Source: Nitrososphaeraceae archaeon
Lineage (GTDB): Archaea > Thermoproteota > Nitrososphaeria > Nitrososphaerales > Nitrososphaeraceae
Direction: 5' to 3'
Length of the DNA: 64,000 nucleotides
Assembly (NCBI GenBank): GCA_036769505.1
Contig: DAIPKY010000002.1
Span: forward strand, 22,235 to 86,234
The notes beneath the pieces were generated by a model. It ran no database searches. It worked only from the letters and a program-made list of their open reading frames with translations, and was not told the DNA's origin. Below are positions 50,792 through 61,860 of the stretch, piece after piece (positions within the stretch are counted from its first letter, which is position 1; each line of letters opens with the position of its first letter). The position numbers and the translations under genes are program-made.

Positions 50792-51262
50792 TTAATTTTT
50801 AACTAATACATTCGTCAATATCCAATTAACATAGTTTTCAACATCTTTATCTATCTGACTCCAAATGTGTATTGATCCTGGCAATAACTCTAATCGTCCC
50901 TTATTAAATAATATACGAACTCCTTCCTTTCCTTCATACATATAAGCATCTGAAACTGATGCACCAGGTATAGTTTCTATTGCTTTTGATTTTATTAGTT
51001 CTCGTGATATGGAAAAGTTTTTTTTAAATCTATCAACAACAATTCCAATATTTTCGCTTCCATAAGAATCTAATACATAGATCTTGCTGGGATCTGGAAA
51101 ATGCAACTTTAAATCTATTCCATATCGTGAACCTACAAATTGTGCTATGTCGTTTATTTTTGAATAAATCATATTCGGGTTACTCTTTGAATATTTCACA
51201 AAGAAATTTCTATTTGTATTAAAATTCATTTTTAAATCCTCAATAATTTTGCTAAACATCAT
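50792..51262 (-). CDS. hypothetical protein
   Basis: 156-aa ORF, DAYMYEGKEGVR motif-like segment. Confidence 0.7.
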   Translation of the reverse strand: MMFSKIIEDLKMNFNTNRNFFVKYSKSNPNMIYSKINDIAQFVGSRYGIDLKLHFPDPSKIYVLDSYGSENIGIVVDRFKKNFSISRELIKSKAIETIPGASVSDAYMYEGKEGVRILFNKGRLELLPGSIHIWSQIDKDVENYVNWILTNVLVKN

Positions 51263-51326
51263 AAATTATCACATAATGCTATATCTATTTATATTCTCTT
51301 ATACTTTTTAATTATATAACTAAATT

Positions 51327-51950
51327 ATGTCTATTAAAAATATCAATTCTGAAAAAGAAAATATAAAGAATTATCAGAATACATGTGCAGAGTTTATTAA
51401 AGATCTGTCGTTAGATTATCTCAATTGGGTAGATAGATATAATCTTTCTCCGGAAGAAATGAAAATAAGAAAACAAAAAATTAACGATGTAGTTACTAAA
51501 TCAAATCATATTATTGATAAGTTTGGGGACACTATAAAAAAGATAGATATTATTATGAATGATGCCATTTCTAAAATGGCTGAATATACAGCAGGCTATC
51601 CATTTCAATTTTCAATTTTTGTAAACAATTTGTCAAGATATACATACAATCCTAGAGGGGAAATAAGGTTAAACATAAAGGCTATTCCAAATTATGGAAA
51701 AGGAGTAAGAATAGGTAATTATGACAAGTATAATTTAATTTTATTAAACTCTTCTTCCCCTGTTAATTATTCATTCAACAAATCAAGTTTGGAATCCGCA
51801 GATATATTAAATGACTACATAGTAATTGATGCCAAAACTTGTGTTAATAATGATATTATTTCGGCTACTGTAATAGTGGAAGAGATCAAAGATAATATTG
51901 TCTTTGAAAAGAGAGGATTTTCGACTTTGGTTTTAGTTATCCAAAATTGA
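51327..51950 (+). CDS. hypothetical protein
   Basis: 207-aa ORF, helical N-terminus and beta-rich C-terminus. Confidence 0.65.
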   Translation: MSIKNINSEKENIKNYQNTCAEFIKDLSLDYLNWVDRYNLSPEEMKIRKQKINDVVTKSNHIIDKFGDTIKKIDIIMNDAISKMAEYTAGYPFQFSIFVNNLSRYTYNPRGEIRLNIKAIPNYGKGVRIGNYDKYNLILLNSSSPVNYSFNKSSLESADILNDYIVIDAKTCVNNDIISATVIVEEIKDNIVFEKRGFSTLVLVIQN

Positions 51951-52563
51951 TCTATGCAATAAAGATTTTGACTGATACTTTTTTTGAATTTATTTCATTA
52001 TTCTAATATGTAATTATACTTTCAAATGCTGAGATAAAGAATTATAAAAACGCCCCTATGCAATTTAGAAGGTATTACAGTTTAAAAAATAATTATGTTA
52101 CTATAGAAAAATAAGATTATACTATATGTATATAGATTTAAAAAAATATCTAGTAGATTTATTTTATTAGATTTAGAAATAAACATTAAAAGAAGAACAT
52201 TGTCTTCTTTATTCATTTGAGAATAATTACCATATATTAAATAGTTTGTAAAACAATATTTAATAAAAAAATTAAATTAATTTAATTTGCCATCTATTAA
52301 ACCTAACCTAATCTAATAAATATTGATTACTATAACAGAAAAATTATTAACATTCATTATATATAAAAATTAAAACATCCAATCTAAACTCAAAGTATAT
52401 AGCAGTAAGGTATGATAACAATAAACTCTCTTACCTCATTTAATAATAATCCAAAAACACCTTTGCAATTCGAAAGTTCTATATACGCAAAATAGATTGC
52501 AATGAACACAATCCCTTTCCAAATAAAAAAGGCTAAATAACCAACATAACTGAAGTCGTATGG

Positions 52564-52638
52564 GCGACGATCGTCCAGTTTGGTCTAGGACATCAGATTG
52601 CCAATCTGGTAACCCGGGTTCAAATCCCGGTCGTCGCA
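52564..52638 (+). tRNA. tRNA-Gly(GCC)
   Basis: GCGACGA/TCGTCGC acceptor, TCAGA-TTGCCAA-TCTGG, CCGGG-TTCAAAT-CCCGG. Confidence 0.93.
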
Positions 52639-52661
52639 TGGTTTATAGTAAAAGCATCAGT

Positions 52662-52883
52662 TTAACTTTTACCACTCCCACATGCACAGAAACCAAATTC
52701 ATCGAAATGAGAATTACAAATTTCACATTTTTCGTAATATTTAATCTCCCATACATGTTTTCCATATAATTTATAATGAGTATCAATTTCTTTCGGAATA
52801 GGGGAAGAATTAACGCTATCTTTTGTACCTTCTACGTTAGTATCTTCGTAACGTTTTTTTTTGCTTTTATATTGTTTTTTCAT
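52662..52883 (-). CDS. small zinc-finger protein
   Basis: CEIC...DEFGFCACG. Confidence 0.7.
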   Translation of the reverse strand: MKKQYKSKKKRYEDTNVEGTKDSVNSSPIPKEIDTHYKLYGKHVWEIKYYEKCEICNSHFDEFGFCACGSGKS

Positions 52884-52885
52884 TA

Positions 52886-53332
52886 TTATTCTTTCTTTGA
52901 ATATTTCAAATTTGACTTGATTATATCCACGGCTTTGGAAATTCGTTCTTTATTTGGAAGTTGAATTAGAAAAATATTAGATGTATAAGTATGTCCATTA
53001 CTTTTAGGAATAATCCCTAATAATCCACTATCGTTTAATGCATCAAAAAAGTTAATGGAAGTACTGCCTGGAATTAAGAAATTTTCTTCAATTCCAAGGT
53101 CGATAAATTCCATCTGAATATCGACAAAAACATGATTGCCATCATAAAAAATATTTAGTAACACGTCAACTACATATTTTTTTCCTCTACATTTTTCCAT
53201 AATAAGATCATACAACTGTTGTTGAACATAGATACAAGGAACTTTATCCTCGGCATATTGAATTATTCCAAGACCGTCTTGATGGACATTGCTAATTAAG
53301 TCGTTAAGAGTAGTAAACTGCCTAAATTTCAC
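52886..53332 (-). CDS. hypothetical protein
   Basis: 148-aa ORF, 2-nt gap to downstream gene. Confidence 0.65.
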   Translation of the reverse strand: MKFRQFTTLNDLISNVHQDGLGIIQYAEDKVPCIYVQQQLYDLIMEKCRGKKYVVDVLLNIFYDGNHVFVDIQMEFIDLGIEENFLIPGSTSINFFDALNDSGLLGIIPKSNGHTYTSNIFLIQLPNKERISKAVDIIKSNLKYSKKE

Positions 53333-53396
53333 TTTATATAATACAATTTATAGATATTTTAGTCTATTCAAATAGGTTTATAAAAATAAAAAAAAT

Positions 53397-55013
53397 TTAA
53401 TGTAGATTTATGGATTTAGCTAATAATAATATTTTATTGTTATCAGCCATAGTATGAATATTACGATTAATCTTATCGTAAACATATAGTAAATCAATTA
53501 TTTTTGTTCGATCTAAATTGATTGATATTGAATCGTTTATGGTAGTCGTAATCTTAGGATAGTTATAATCATTAACTTTTGTTTCCATATTATTTAAGAC
53601 TGTACGTTGCATTTTTGTTAAAGTTGATTCATTTAAAAGCATTGTGATTTGAGATGTTGAACCACGATGATCTTTGTAGATTATATTGACTGCTTCTTCT
53701 TCTAAGGGTAGATAAGATTCATATTTACATTTTATATTATGTTTGTGAAGATAATTTATTAATTCCCTCAAGGAATTTACAATTTCTTTCTTTATATCTC
53801 TACTGGAGTCGATACGATTTTTAATTTTAATATAGTCAGAAATTGATATGTCCACTAGACTTCCTTTTATTTTTAAACCCGGGTAGGTTTTACGTAATGT
53901 TTCATCCAAAATTTGTTCATTGATTATGGACATTTTTTTGTTACTTGCTATTTCAAACGCACTATACATAATATTCAATATAGATCTGATATTTCTAAAG
54001 TCAAAATCTTCATATAATATTTTTATTTGCGAGAAAAGTTCATTTTTTTGATCATCAGTAATAGTAGTATTAAAATTATAAAATTTAATATATTCTAATA
54101 CTATATCCGAGATTTCTTCAAAAGAGTTTGATCCAGCGAGATCAATTTTATAATTAGCCTTTTCTAACCTATCATAAATTGAGCTATTTTCTGAGGCGAT
54201 TTTTAGATAGGAGGAGGGAGTGAGAATTAGCATTAAGATTGTATTAGAAATATGAGCATTAATAATAGCCTTCATAAATGAGAGTGTTTCTTCATTGTTA
54301 TCAAATTCGTCGAATTGATACAAAGAAATCTTATTAAATAATTTTAAATTAATTTTTGATAAAGTCGAAAGACGATTTATCATATCCATTAAAGTGATGG
54401 ATTCATTATTTTCAAATTGATTCTCTATTATAGTTTTGATTGTAGAAATGTCATTTTTAGAAAAATCCTCCTCGTTAAGAATAGTATCAATGTATCCTAA
54501 ATCAGGCTGTAATCTATTTTCTAATATCTGCAGGATTTTATTATCGATACCTCTACCTGTTAAAGATTCAAAAAATCCTAATTTAAAAATTTTTTTCGCA
54601 ATTTTATTATTAGATTTAATTTGATCTTTTATATAATAAAGTAACTCTTTTTTCAAATTGTACAAATACTCAGGTTCAAAACCGCTAATCATAGATTGGT
54701 AAATACTTGGAATATTTTTAGGATATATTTGTGACATATCAAGATAAGAAATAATTGCTTTTTCATTTGTTCCAGATATTTTTATATTCAGAGTGAGATG
54801 TGTCTTTCCTGACCCCACATCTTGAATAACAGTAATTATTCTAAATTTTTCCTTACTATTGCTCGTTTCTCTTTGTTTTACAACATCTTCAATACATGTC
54901 AAAATTGAATTTCTAGATTCTTGATGTCTTTTACCACCTAAAAGCTGAGCATCTTCTAAATTAGGTGTAGGACTACTTGGAAAAGGATTTTTGTTAAGGT
55001 TATATGGATACAA
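53397..55013 (-). CDS. AAA+/P-loop NTPase of unknown function
   Basis: N-terminal NPF, Walker A QDVGSGKTH, Walker B YQFDEFD, ILTP (sensor 1), IYDRL (Arg finger), RNIR (sensor 2). Confidence 0.8.
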   Translation of the reverse strand: MYPYNLNKNPFPSSPTPNLEDAQLLGGKRHQESRNSILTCIEDVVKQRETSNSKEKFRIITVIQDVGSGKTHLTLNIKISGTNEKAIISYLDMSQIYPKNIPSIYQSMISGFEPEYLYNLKKELLYYIKDQIKSNNKIAKKIFKLGFFESLTGRGIDNKILQILENRLQPDLGYIDTILNEEDFSKNDISTIKTIIENQFENNESITLMDMINRLSTLSKINLKLFNKISLYQFDEFDNNEETLSFMKAIINAHISNTILMLILTPSSYLKIASENSSIYDRLEKANYKIDLAGSNSFEEISDIVLEYIKFYNFNTTITDDQKNELFSQIKILYEDFDFRNIRSILNIMYSAFEIASNKKMSIINEQILDETLRKTYPGLKIKGSLVDISISDYIKIKNRIDSSRDIKKEIVNSLRELINYLHKHNIKCKYESYLPLEEEAVNIIYKDHRGSTSQITMLLNESTLTKMQRTVLNNMETKVNDYNYPKITTTINDSISINLDRTKIIDLLYVYDKINRNIHTMADNNKILLLAKSINLH

Positions 55014-55014
55014 A

Positions 55015-55671
55015 TTACAAACACCTTACATAGCCATATACCAATCCACGAATCATAATTCCTTCATTCCCCCCTGTAGACAATTCATATTTAGACCTAT
55101 TTTCATTAACTAATTGTTCTGCAAGGTTATAGAATTCGTTTTCTGAAATCTCATATTTATTAGAGAGATCATTTCTAAGAGTGGCCAAGGGAACCCATCC
55201 AATTGAATCCGAGTATTTACATATAGTTAAATCAAAATCTTCACTAAAATTTTGTAAATTAATAACCTTCTGAGGATTAGGAATGCTATTTTCAAAGTTA
55301 TGATTATTGGTAGTTCTTGCTAAGATTGAATCCATTAAAACAATCATCTTGCCTTCTAGCCTTTCTACATGTTTATCAATAGAAGTCGATAATTTTTTAA
55401 AAGAAATGTCAACTTCTTTTAATAGTTCAAAAGTATATTTGAATTTTGGATCGGAATCCAAGAGATATTGAAAATAACTATCTTTGTGCCAACAATAATT
55501 TGTACTCCCTTTTTTGGATATAATAATTTTATTTTCTTTTATCCATGTATTCAAGATACTATCTAGATTAACTGATGAAAATTCTTTGATTAAATCAGTT
55601 TTTTTCAGTCCAGATACACCTGAAGAAAAAATTTTGTCAAATATTTTTTCTTCTAAAGACATATAGTACAA
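55015..55671 (-). CDS. putative wHTH-coiled coil-wHTH protein, coupled to the ATPase
   Basis: N-terminal wHTH-like pattern, central heptad segment, C-terminal WVPLATLR...EFY...YELSTGG; 1-nt gap to ATPase start. Confidence 0.65.
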   Translation of the reverse strand: MYYMSLEEKIFDKIFSSGVSGLKKTDLIKEFSSVNLDSILNTWIKENKIIISKKGSTNYCWHKDSYFQYLLDSDPKFKYTFELLKEVDISFKKLSTSIDKHVERLEGKMIVLMDSILARTTNNHNFENSIPNPQKVINLQNFSEDFDLTICKYSDSIGWVPLATLRNDLSNKYEISENEFYNLAEQLVNENRSKYELSTGGNEGIMIRGLVYGYVRCL

Positions 55672-56692
55672 TTTTGATTTTCTTATAAAAGATACTTTGT
55701 ATGTTTATACAATATAATGAGCTAATTTAGTTTAACTTTTAATATAGAATCAACTAAAGAGTAGTGGAATGATGAAATCCTATTCTGAAAACATGATGAA
55801 AGTACTAGGGTATCTGACCGAATATAGTTGTATAATTCATATACTTAAGTTAAATAAAATTCAGTATATATTTGCCAATTACCGAATATACTGAATCGTG
55901 GGAAACACCAAATAAAAAAATAGAAATTCTATTATCGTACAGATAAATCATCAAAAAAATTCCTTCTTAAGTTGAAATTTTAGTTCATTTCTTTACATCA
56001 AATTTTTCTATAACGATGAATGAATGTGAGTTAGTAGAGGTTCTTATAAGATCTTTATATTTCATGTTATATATGCAGACTATATCTTTTCCTTTTTATT
56101 GTTTCTATAAGCAATTTAAGAATTCATACAACAAATTGATATTTTTATCATATGTAATAGATGTATTGGAAATGCAGTAATGGAAATGGATTAATACATA
56201 TTCATAACTATAGTAATTGTTCTCATTTGACGAACGATTTTATGTATTGTATAATTAGATACTTTTTCTTTTCCTTTTGCTATCTAAGCTTCAATGCATG
56301 AGCTCAAGATTCATGACCTGCAAAAAAATCACCATTTGATTCTTATGATTCTCTTTTTTTCATTTTAAGTCTAAAGCCTGCTTCAAAATTTAGAATTGAA
56401 TCATTATTCCATCATTTTGAATTTCGATTTTTATCATCATTAAGTCTACATTAAAATATTCTTTTTTTACTTTTATGGTGTTCATTGTATTATCAATCTA
56501 ATTTTTATGTTATAGCAGCTTTGCCAGTAGTTGTTCTTGTTGTTGCTGTTTAACCTCTTCCAGTATTTAATATACAATTGATCAAATTTACATTCTTTAG
56601 CTAATACCATATTATATCTGTGCAAAAAATAGTAATTTCTATGTATCAAAGATATATTATATAGTAGCAGTTTACATTTTTAAATACTTAAA

Positions 56693-57052
56693 ATGGGAAA
56701 TAATATTAAAACTGAATCTGAGAATATTACATTTGATGACTTTAGTAAAATTGACTTGAGATTTGGAAAAATAAAAAAAATAGAATATCTACCAAAATTG
56801 AACAAAGTTTACAAAGCGGAAGTAGATCTCGGCTCGGAAAAAAGAATAGTAGTAGTCGGAGCGGCTATGCATTACAAACCTGAAGAATTAGAAGAAAAGT
56901 TAGTAATTGTATGTACAAATCTTTCACCTCGAACAATAGGAAATGTAGAATCAAAAGGAATGATTTTAGCATTAGATAGAATAGATGGAAAACCAATTTT
57001 TTTAACAATAGATAAGGGGGAGACAGTTGCATTAGGTTCTAAAGTTTGTTAG
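56693..57052 (+). CDS. tRNA-binding OB-fold protein (Trbp111/CsaA/MetRS C-terminal-like)
   Basis: ITFDDFSKIDLR.G, VDLG, NLSPR, ESKGMIL. Confidence 0.88.
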   Translation: MGNNIKTESENITFDDFSKIDLRFGKIKKIEYLPKLNKVYKAEVDLGSEKRIVVVGAAMHYKPEELEEKLVIVCTNLSPRTIGNVESKGMILALDRIDGKPIFLTIDKGETVALGSKVC

Positions 57053-57570
57053 TTTTAACAATTATTCATACTTGATCATTTCAATAAGCATTCTAATATT
57101 TGCCCAATTCTTAATTAAATTAGAAAAGCAAAAATAACCTACTACCTAGAAATCAATTTTTAATACATACGTATCTAAATTAAATTTGATCTAAACACCA
57201 GTCATATTTTTTGTATTCATATAGAAACAAATTAAATAAATTAATTTTCCTAAGAATTTAGAAAGTATCAGAGTTCCCGAATTAAATAATTATAACTATT
57301 TACTCTTATATAATTACTTTAATTTCCATTTTCCTATTAATCTTTTTAAAATAATTTATTCAATCATTCATTATTCTTATTTTATTCATCATTTTTTTAT
57401 TTATACAAACCTCTACAGATATCTACTAATCTATCTAACTACGCATCTTTTTATTAAATAAATAATAGTGATTTAAAAAACTGAAATTTTAAAGTTCTAG
57501 TTTTACAAATCAAATGAAGAAACGAATGAGAAACATAGCTCACATTAATATTTGACTTTGGCATGTCGAT

Positions 57571-58449
57571 CTATACTATACTATGTAATTTTCTTAAGAA
57601 TTTGTAAATTGCCGTATAATCCAGATCTGCGTATGTTGATTTTGTAGCATAATTGTATAATTGAAAGACAAGGCCAGTAATAGGTAAAGAAAGTTCTTGT
57701 TCTTTGGCTGCTTGCATGACAAGGGCTAAATCCTTATTCATATTTTTTAAATAAAATGAGGGAGAGTAATCATCTTTTATCATTTTAGGCCCCTTATTCT
57801 CACTCATCCCCGTTTTAAAATTCGTTGTATTTAATATCTTCAAGTAAAGGGTAGGATCAATATTATATTTTTCAGATAATAATAACCCTTCAGATAAAGC
57901 CATTGATATTATACCAATATTAAGATTAAGCGCCAACTTGATAGCACTTGCTGAACCTGCGTTATTTCCAATATAAAAAACAGGATTACCTAGTTCTTCT
58001 AATATATGCTTTATTTTTTTAAAAGCAGACTCTTCTCCAGCGACTATTGGGACAAGTGTACCACTTAAGGCTGCATTTGGCCCTCCCATTACAGGAATAC
58101 TCATCATTGATATATTTTTTCTTTTAAATTCCTGATAACAATAAACTGATTCTTTTGGAGAAATAGTGCTAAAGTCCGAAACTATTACATTTTTATTTGT
58201 AGTTTCACTTACTCCATTTTTAGAAAAGTAAATTCCATCAACTGCTTCAAAATTTGTTACACAAGTTATAATAAAATCAGAATAGTCTGCTACCTCCTTG
58301 GGGGTATTAAGTACGTTAGCGCCTTTTTTTTCTATTGCTCGGGCTTTTGAGATATTGCGATTATTAACATTTACTTCAAATCCTTTTCTAATTAGACGTA
58401 AGGAAAGATTACTACCCATTAATCCTAATCCTATAACTCCAATTTTCAC
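57571..58449 (-). CDS. 3-hydroxyisobutyrate dehydrogenase-family NAD(P) oxidoreductase
   Basis: GLGLMG, NRN, STISP, PVMGG, KLALN, KDL. Confidence 0.88.
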   Translation of the reverse strand: MKIGVIGLGLMGSNLSLRLIRKGFEVNVNNRNISKARAIEKKGANVLNTPKEVADYSDFIITCVTNFEAVDGIYFSKNGVSETTNKNVIVSDFSTISPKESVYCYQEFKRKNISMMSIPVMGGPNAALSGTLVPIVAGEESAFKKIKHILEELGNPVFYIGNNAGSASAIKLALNLNIGIISMALSEGLLLSEKYNIDPTLYLKILNTTNFKTGMSENKGPKMIKDDYSPSFYLKNMNKDLALVMQAAKEQELSLPITGLVFQLYNYATKSTYADLDYTAIYKFLRKLHSIV

Positions 58450-58556
58450 TAGAATGACATTAATACTAAAGGATAAAAAAATATTTTTATTTTTGTTGAA
58501 ACACTAGTTTACAAAATTAGTAGAGAATTGAATATTTATCAAATGTGAATCTTAAA

Positions 58557-58871
58557 TCATACAAGGATAAAAACTGAATTTTTTTCGATCTTTGTTTTAT
58601 AAACCATTAATGGTTCTTCGGCAGGTAAGTTGAGTGGTACTCCATCATTAAGATTAAATGCCGACATATGAAGTGGACAGGTAACAGTTTTTTCTTCTTC
58701 ATTTAAAAAACCCATAGAGAGATCTGCATAAGCATGGGTGCAAATTCTATCGCTAGCGTATATTATATTCTTTATCTTAACAAGAAGAATTTTTTTGTCA
58801 TTATAATCAAAATCCATCATCTCTCCTGGTTTAAGAGAATCTATATCGCAAACTTTTACCCAATCTGACAT
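58557..58871 (-). CDS. Rieske-type [2Fe-2S] ferredoxin
   Basis: CTH...CPLH. Confidence 0.9.
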   Translation of the reverse strand: MSDWVKVCDIDSLKPGEMMDFDYNDKKILLVKIKNIIYASDRICTHAYADLSMGFLNEEEKTVTCPLHMSAFNLNDGVPLNLPAEEPLMVYKTKIEKNSVFILV

Positions 58872-58903
58872 TATTTATCTAAAAAAAATAAGAGCAATAT
58901 ATG

Positions 58904-60325
58904 TTACCTATATTTGTAGTGTTTTTCAAAGATATCTTCAGTTTCTCTATATCTGGTTTTTTCAATTTCCAGAATTTGTTCCATTGCTTCATCTATCTTT
59001 AACTTTAAGGGTTTGCCTAACCATTTATTTTCAATTAAATAATTAATCCAAGCACGAATAGTAGGACCCATCTTCCTTGAGATAGGTTCTAAAAACCCTC
59101 CAACTATCTCTCTTTTAGCTAACTCCTCTGAAAGACCTCGAGACATAAGATAAAAAATTTGCTTTTCATCTATCTGAGCTACAGAGGCAGAATGTGTAGC
59201 TTTAACTTCATTAGACTCTATTTCCAAGCCCGGAATTGCATCAGCTTTTGCGCCTTTATCTAATAATATAGCATGTCCTGCTAAATATGATTCAGTAGCT
59301 TTCGCATTTGTATGAATTTTTATCATTCCTTTAAAAAGAGACTTGGAGGTATCCTTCAGTACGGATTTCACTAAAACCTTACCTTTGGTATTTGGAGCTA
59401 CATGAATTAAGTTAGAAGTAATGTCAAAGGATTGATTACCAACTCCAAATATTATTTCAACATCTTCAGCTAAAGCTCCAGGCCCTTGCATGATACTATC
59501 AACTTTATACCTCGACAATTGTGACCCAAAGAGAGCTAAAGACCAGGACATCTTTCCATCTCTTTCTACATAGGCTTTTCTATTGGAAAAACTAATTGCA
59601 TCATAATCCATCGATTGTAGTGTAACTATCTCACATTGAGCATTTGGAAGAATATAGGATTCGAGTAGCTCGAAATGTGTTTGTTGATATTCAGGGTTCT
59701 TTAACCGTGGTGAATATAACTCTTGAACTAAAGTAGCTTTAGAAAATTCTTCACATATTATTATATTTCGAGATATTGATGATAAACCATCCTCTGAAAG
59801 ATAATTTACTATTCTAATAGGATCTTCCAATACAATATTCTTAGGAATCCAAATAAAAAGTCCATTTTGAAATGCTGCGGAAGATAGGGCCAAAAATTTG
59901 TCCTCTTGATAATTTACTTGGTTTTTATTGAGATATTTTTGTATTAGATCAGAATAATCTCCTAGAGCCTGAGAAATATTCAAGATAACTATACCCTTTT
60001 TTTCCAACTCATCTGTTACAAATGATTTCAGAATTTTTGAATTTTTACATAATACGCTAGTAGTTTTATTAAACTCATCTATTCGATCCGAAAAAATATC
60101 CAAATCATTGGAGGATTGACGTTGTAAATTAGTATCATTTAAAAAAACCTTCTCAGCAATTAATTTATTTGCATTGGAATATTTACTATAAAGCGAAGAT
60201 GATTCTAATGGTAGGCTTGTATAACTTTTAAAAGCTTCCTGTCTGGATTGTTTCACCCAAGATGGCTCTTGAAAATTTTTAATAAAATTACCAAAGTTTT
60301 TTTCTAGCAAAGAGAGTTGATACAT
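58904..60325 (-). CDS. sufD: Fe-S assembly protein SufD
   Basis: FKGMI, IPGLEI..NEVKATHSASV, FYLMSRGL. Confidence 0.88.
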   Translation of the reverse strand: MYQLSLLEKNFGNFIKNFQEPSWVKQSRQEAFKSYTSLPLESSSLYSKYSNANKLIAEKVFLNDTNLQRQSSNDLDIFSDRIDEFNKTTSVLCKNSKILKSFVTDELEKKGIVILNISQALGDYSDLIQKYLNKNQVNYQEDKFLALSSAAFQNGLFIWIPKNIVLEDPIRIVNYLSEDGLSSISRNIIICEEFSKATLVQELYSPRLKNPEYQQTHFELLESYILPNAQCEIVTLQSMDYDAISFSNRKAYVERDGKMSWSLALFGSQLSRYKVDSIMQGPGALAEDVEIIFGVGNQSFDITSNLIHVAPNTKGKVLVKSVLKDTSKSLFKGMIKIHTNAKATESYLAGHAILLDKGAKADAIPGLEIESNEVKATHSASVAQIDEKQIFYLMSRGLSEELAKREIVGGFLEPISRKMGPTIRAWINYLIENKWLGKPLKLKIDEAMEQILEIEKTRYRETEDIFEKHYKYR

Positions 60326-60366
60326 ACTGTGATTTTCACTTTAAAAAAAGATAAGATAAGTATTTG

Positions 60367-61776
60367 TTAACCGACAGAGTCTTCCATTTCGAGTTTGACA
60401 AGTCGATTTAATTCTACTGCATATTCCATTGGTAGTTCCTTTGTAAATGGTTCTATAAATCCACCCACTATTAGTGACAAGGCATCGGACTCTGAGAATC
60501 CCCTACTCATAAGATAGAAAATTTGATCTTCGCCAATTTTTCCAACACTAGCTTCATGAGAAATTGTTGCATCATCTTCATTCACTTCTACATATGGATA
60601 CGTATCTGTTCTAGACGTTTCATCAAGTAAAAGTGCATCACATCTAACGTTTGACTTGACACCAGTAGCACCCTTCGCAACATGCAATAAACCTCTATAT
60701 GTAGTTCTACCTGCTTGTTTACTAACAGATTTGCTTGTAATTCTAGATGTGGTATCAGGAGCTAAATGAACGGCTTTTGCTCCTGCATCTTGATGTTGAT
60801 CCGATCCAGCAAAGGCTATCGATACAACTTCTGCATGAGCATTTCTTCCAAGCATATAAACCCCAGGATATTTCATAGTCAATTTACTTCCAATATTTCC
60901 GTCAATCCATTCGACTCTAGCATTTTCATATGCATACGCTCTTTTTGTTACTAAGTTATAAACATCTTTACTCCAATTTTGAATAGTCGTATATCTTATT
61001 TTTGCGTCTTTCTTTGCAATTAATTCAACAACAGCAGAATGCAAGGATTCAGTTGTATAAACTGGAGCAGTACAACCTTCGATATAGTGTACTTCTGATC
61101 CTTCATCAGCAATAATTAAAGTACGTTCAAATTGTCCAATATTTTCAGCATTAATTCTAAAATAAGCTTGTAGTGGAAGGTCAATTTTTACATTAGGTGG
61201 AACATAAATAAAAGAACCACCTGACCATACAGCACTATTTAATGCCGCAAATTTGTTGTCTTCTGGTGGTATAACCTTTCCAAAATACTTTTTTAAGATA
61301 TCCGGATGTTCTTTAACTGCTGTATCTGTATCTGAAAATATTACTCCCTGTTTTGATAAATCTTCACGTAAGTTATGATATACAGTTTCTGATTCATATT
61401 GAGCACCCACACCAGCTAGGAATTTTTTTTCAGCTTCTGGGATTCCAAGTTTATCGAATGTTTTTCTAACTGAGTCAGGCACATCATCCCAGCTTTTACT
61501 TTGTTTTTCTGATGCTTTTGTATAATAAAAAATATTTTGAAAATTAATTTTTGATAAATCACCACCCCATACAGGCATAGGTTTTTTCATAAAAATGTCA
61601 TAAGATCTTAATCGAAAATCGAGCATCCATTGTGGTTCATTTTTAATTTTACTTATTTCTTCAATAGTACCACGTGAAAGACCTTTCTTACTTGTATATA
61701 CGTATAAATCAGTAGAGTCCTTAAAATCATATTTACTATAATCCATGTTAAGTTCTTCTGTTGTCATGTATTTCAT
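60367..61776 (-). CDS. sufB: Fe-S assembly protein SufB
   Basis: [48 protein letters not shown]. Confidence 0.96.
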   Translation of the reverse strand: MKYMTTEELNMDYSKYDFKDSTDLYVYTSKKGLSRGTIEEISKIKNEPQWMLDFRLRSYDIFMKKPMPVWGGDLSKINFQNIFYYTKASEKQSKSWDDVPDSVRKTFDKLGIPEAEKKFLAGVGAQYESETVYHNLREDLSKQGVIFSDTDTAVKEHPDILKKYFGKVIPPEDNKFAALNSAVWSGGSFIYVPPNVKIDLPLQAYFRINAENIGQFERTLIIADEGSEVHYIEGCTAPVYTTESLHSAVVELIAKKDAKIRYTTIQNWSKDVYNLVTKRAYAYENARVEWIDGNIGSKLTMKYPGVYMLGRNAHAEVVSIAFAGSDQHQDAGAKAVHLAPDTTSRITSKSVSKQAGRTTYRGLLHVAKGATGVKSNVRCDALLLDETSRTDTYPYVEVNEDDATISHEASVGKIGEDQIFYLMSRGFSESDALSLIVGGFIEPFTKELPMEYAVELNRLVKLEMEDSVG

Positions 61777-61860
61777 AACGGCGTTATGTTATATAAGTTT
61801 TACAATTCAGAGAAGAAAAAGAAGTATTATTAAGAAAGTTTTATATAATTTTATGTGATT

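Noticed and set aside
51951..52560. Very AT-rich 600-bp spacer as a possible replication origin
   Set aside because: No ORB-like repeats and no canonical orc1/cdc6 gene adjacent; similar AT-rich spacers occur at 46090-46490 and 57055-57570
47788..52633. 21-nt inverted repeat CCCGGGTTCAAATCCCGGTCG bracketing about 4.8 kb, suggesting an invertible or integrated element
   Set aside because: Both copies are the T arms of complete tRNA-Glu and tRNA-Gly genes; no recombinase lies between them
52436..52769. ORFs 52436..52639 (-) and 52560..52769 (+)
   Set aside because: Shadow translations of tRNA-Gly
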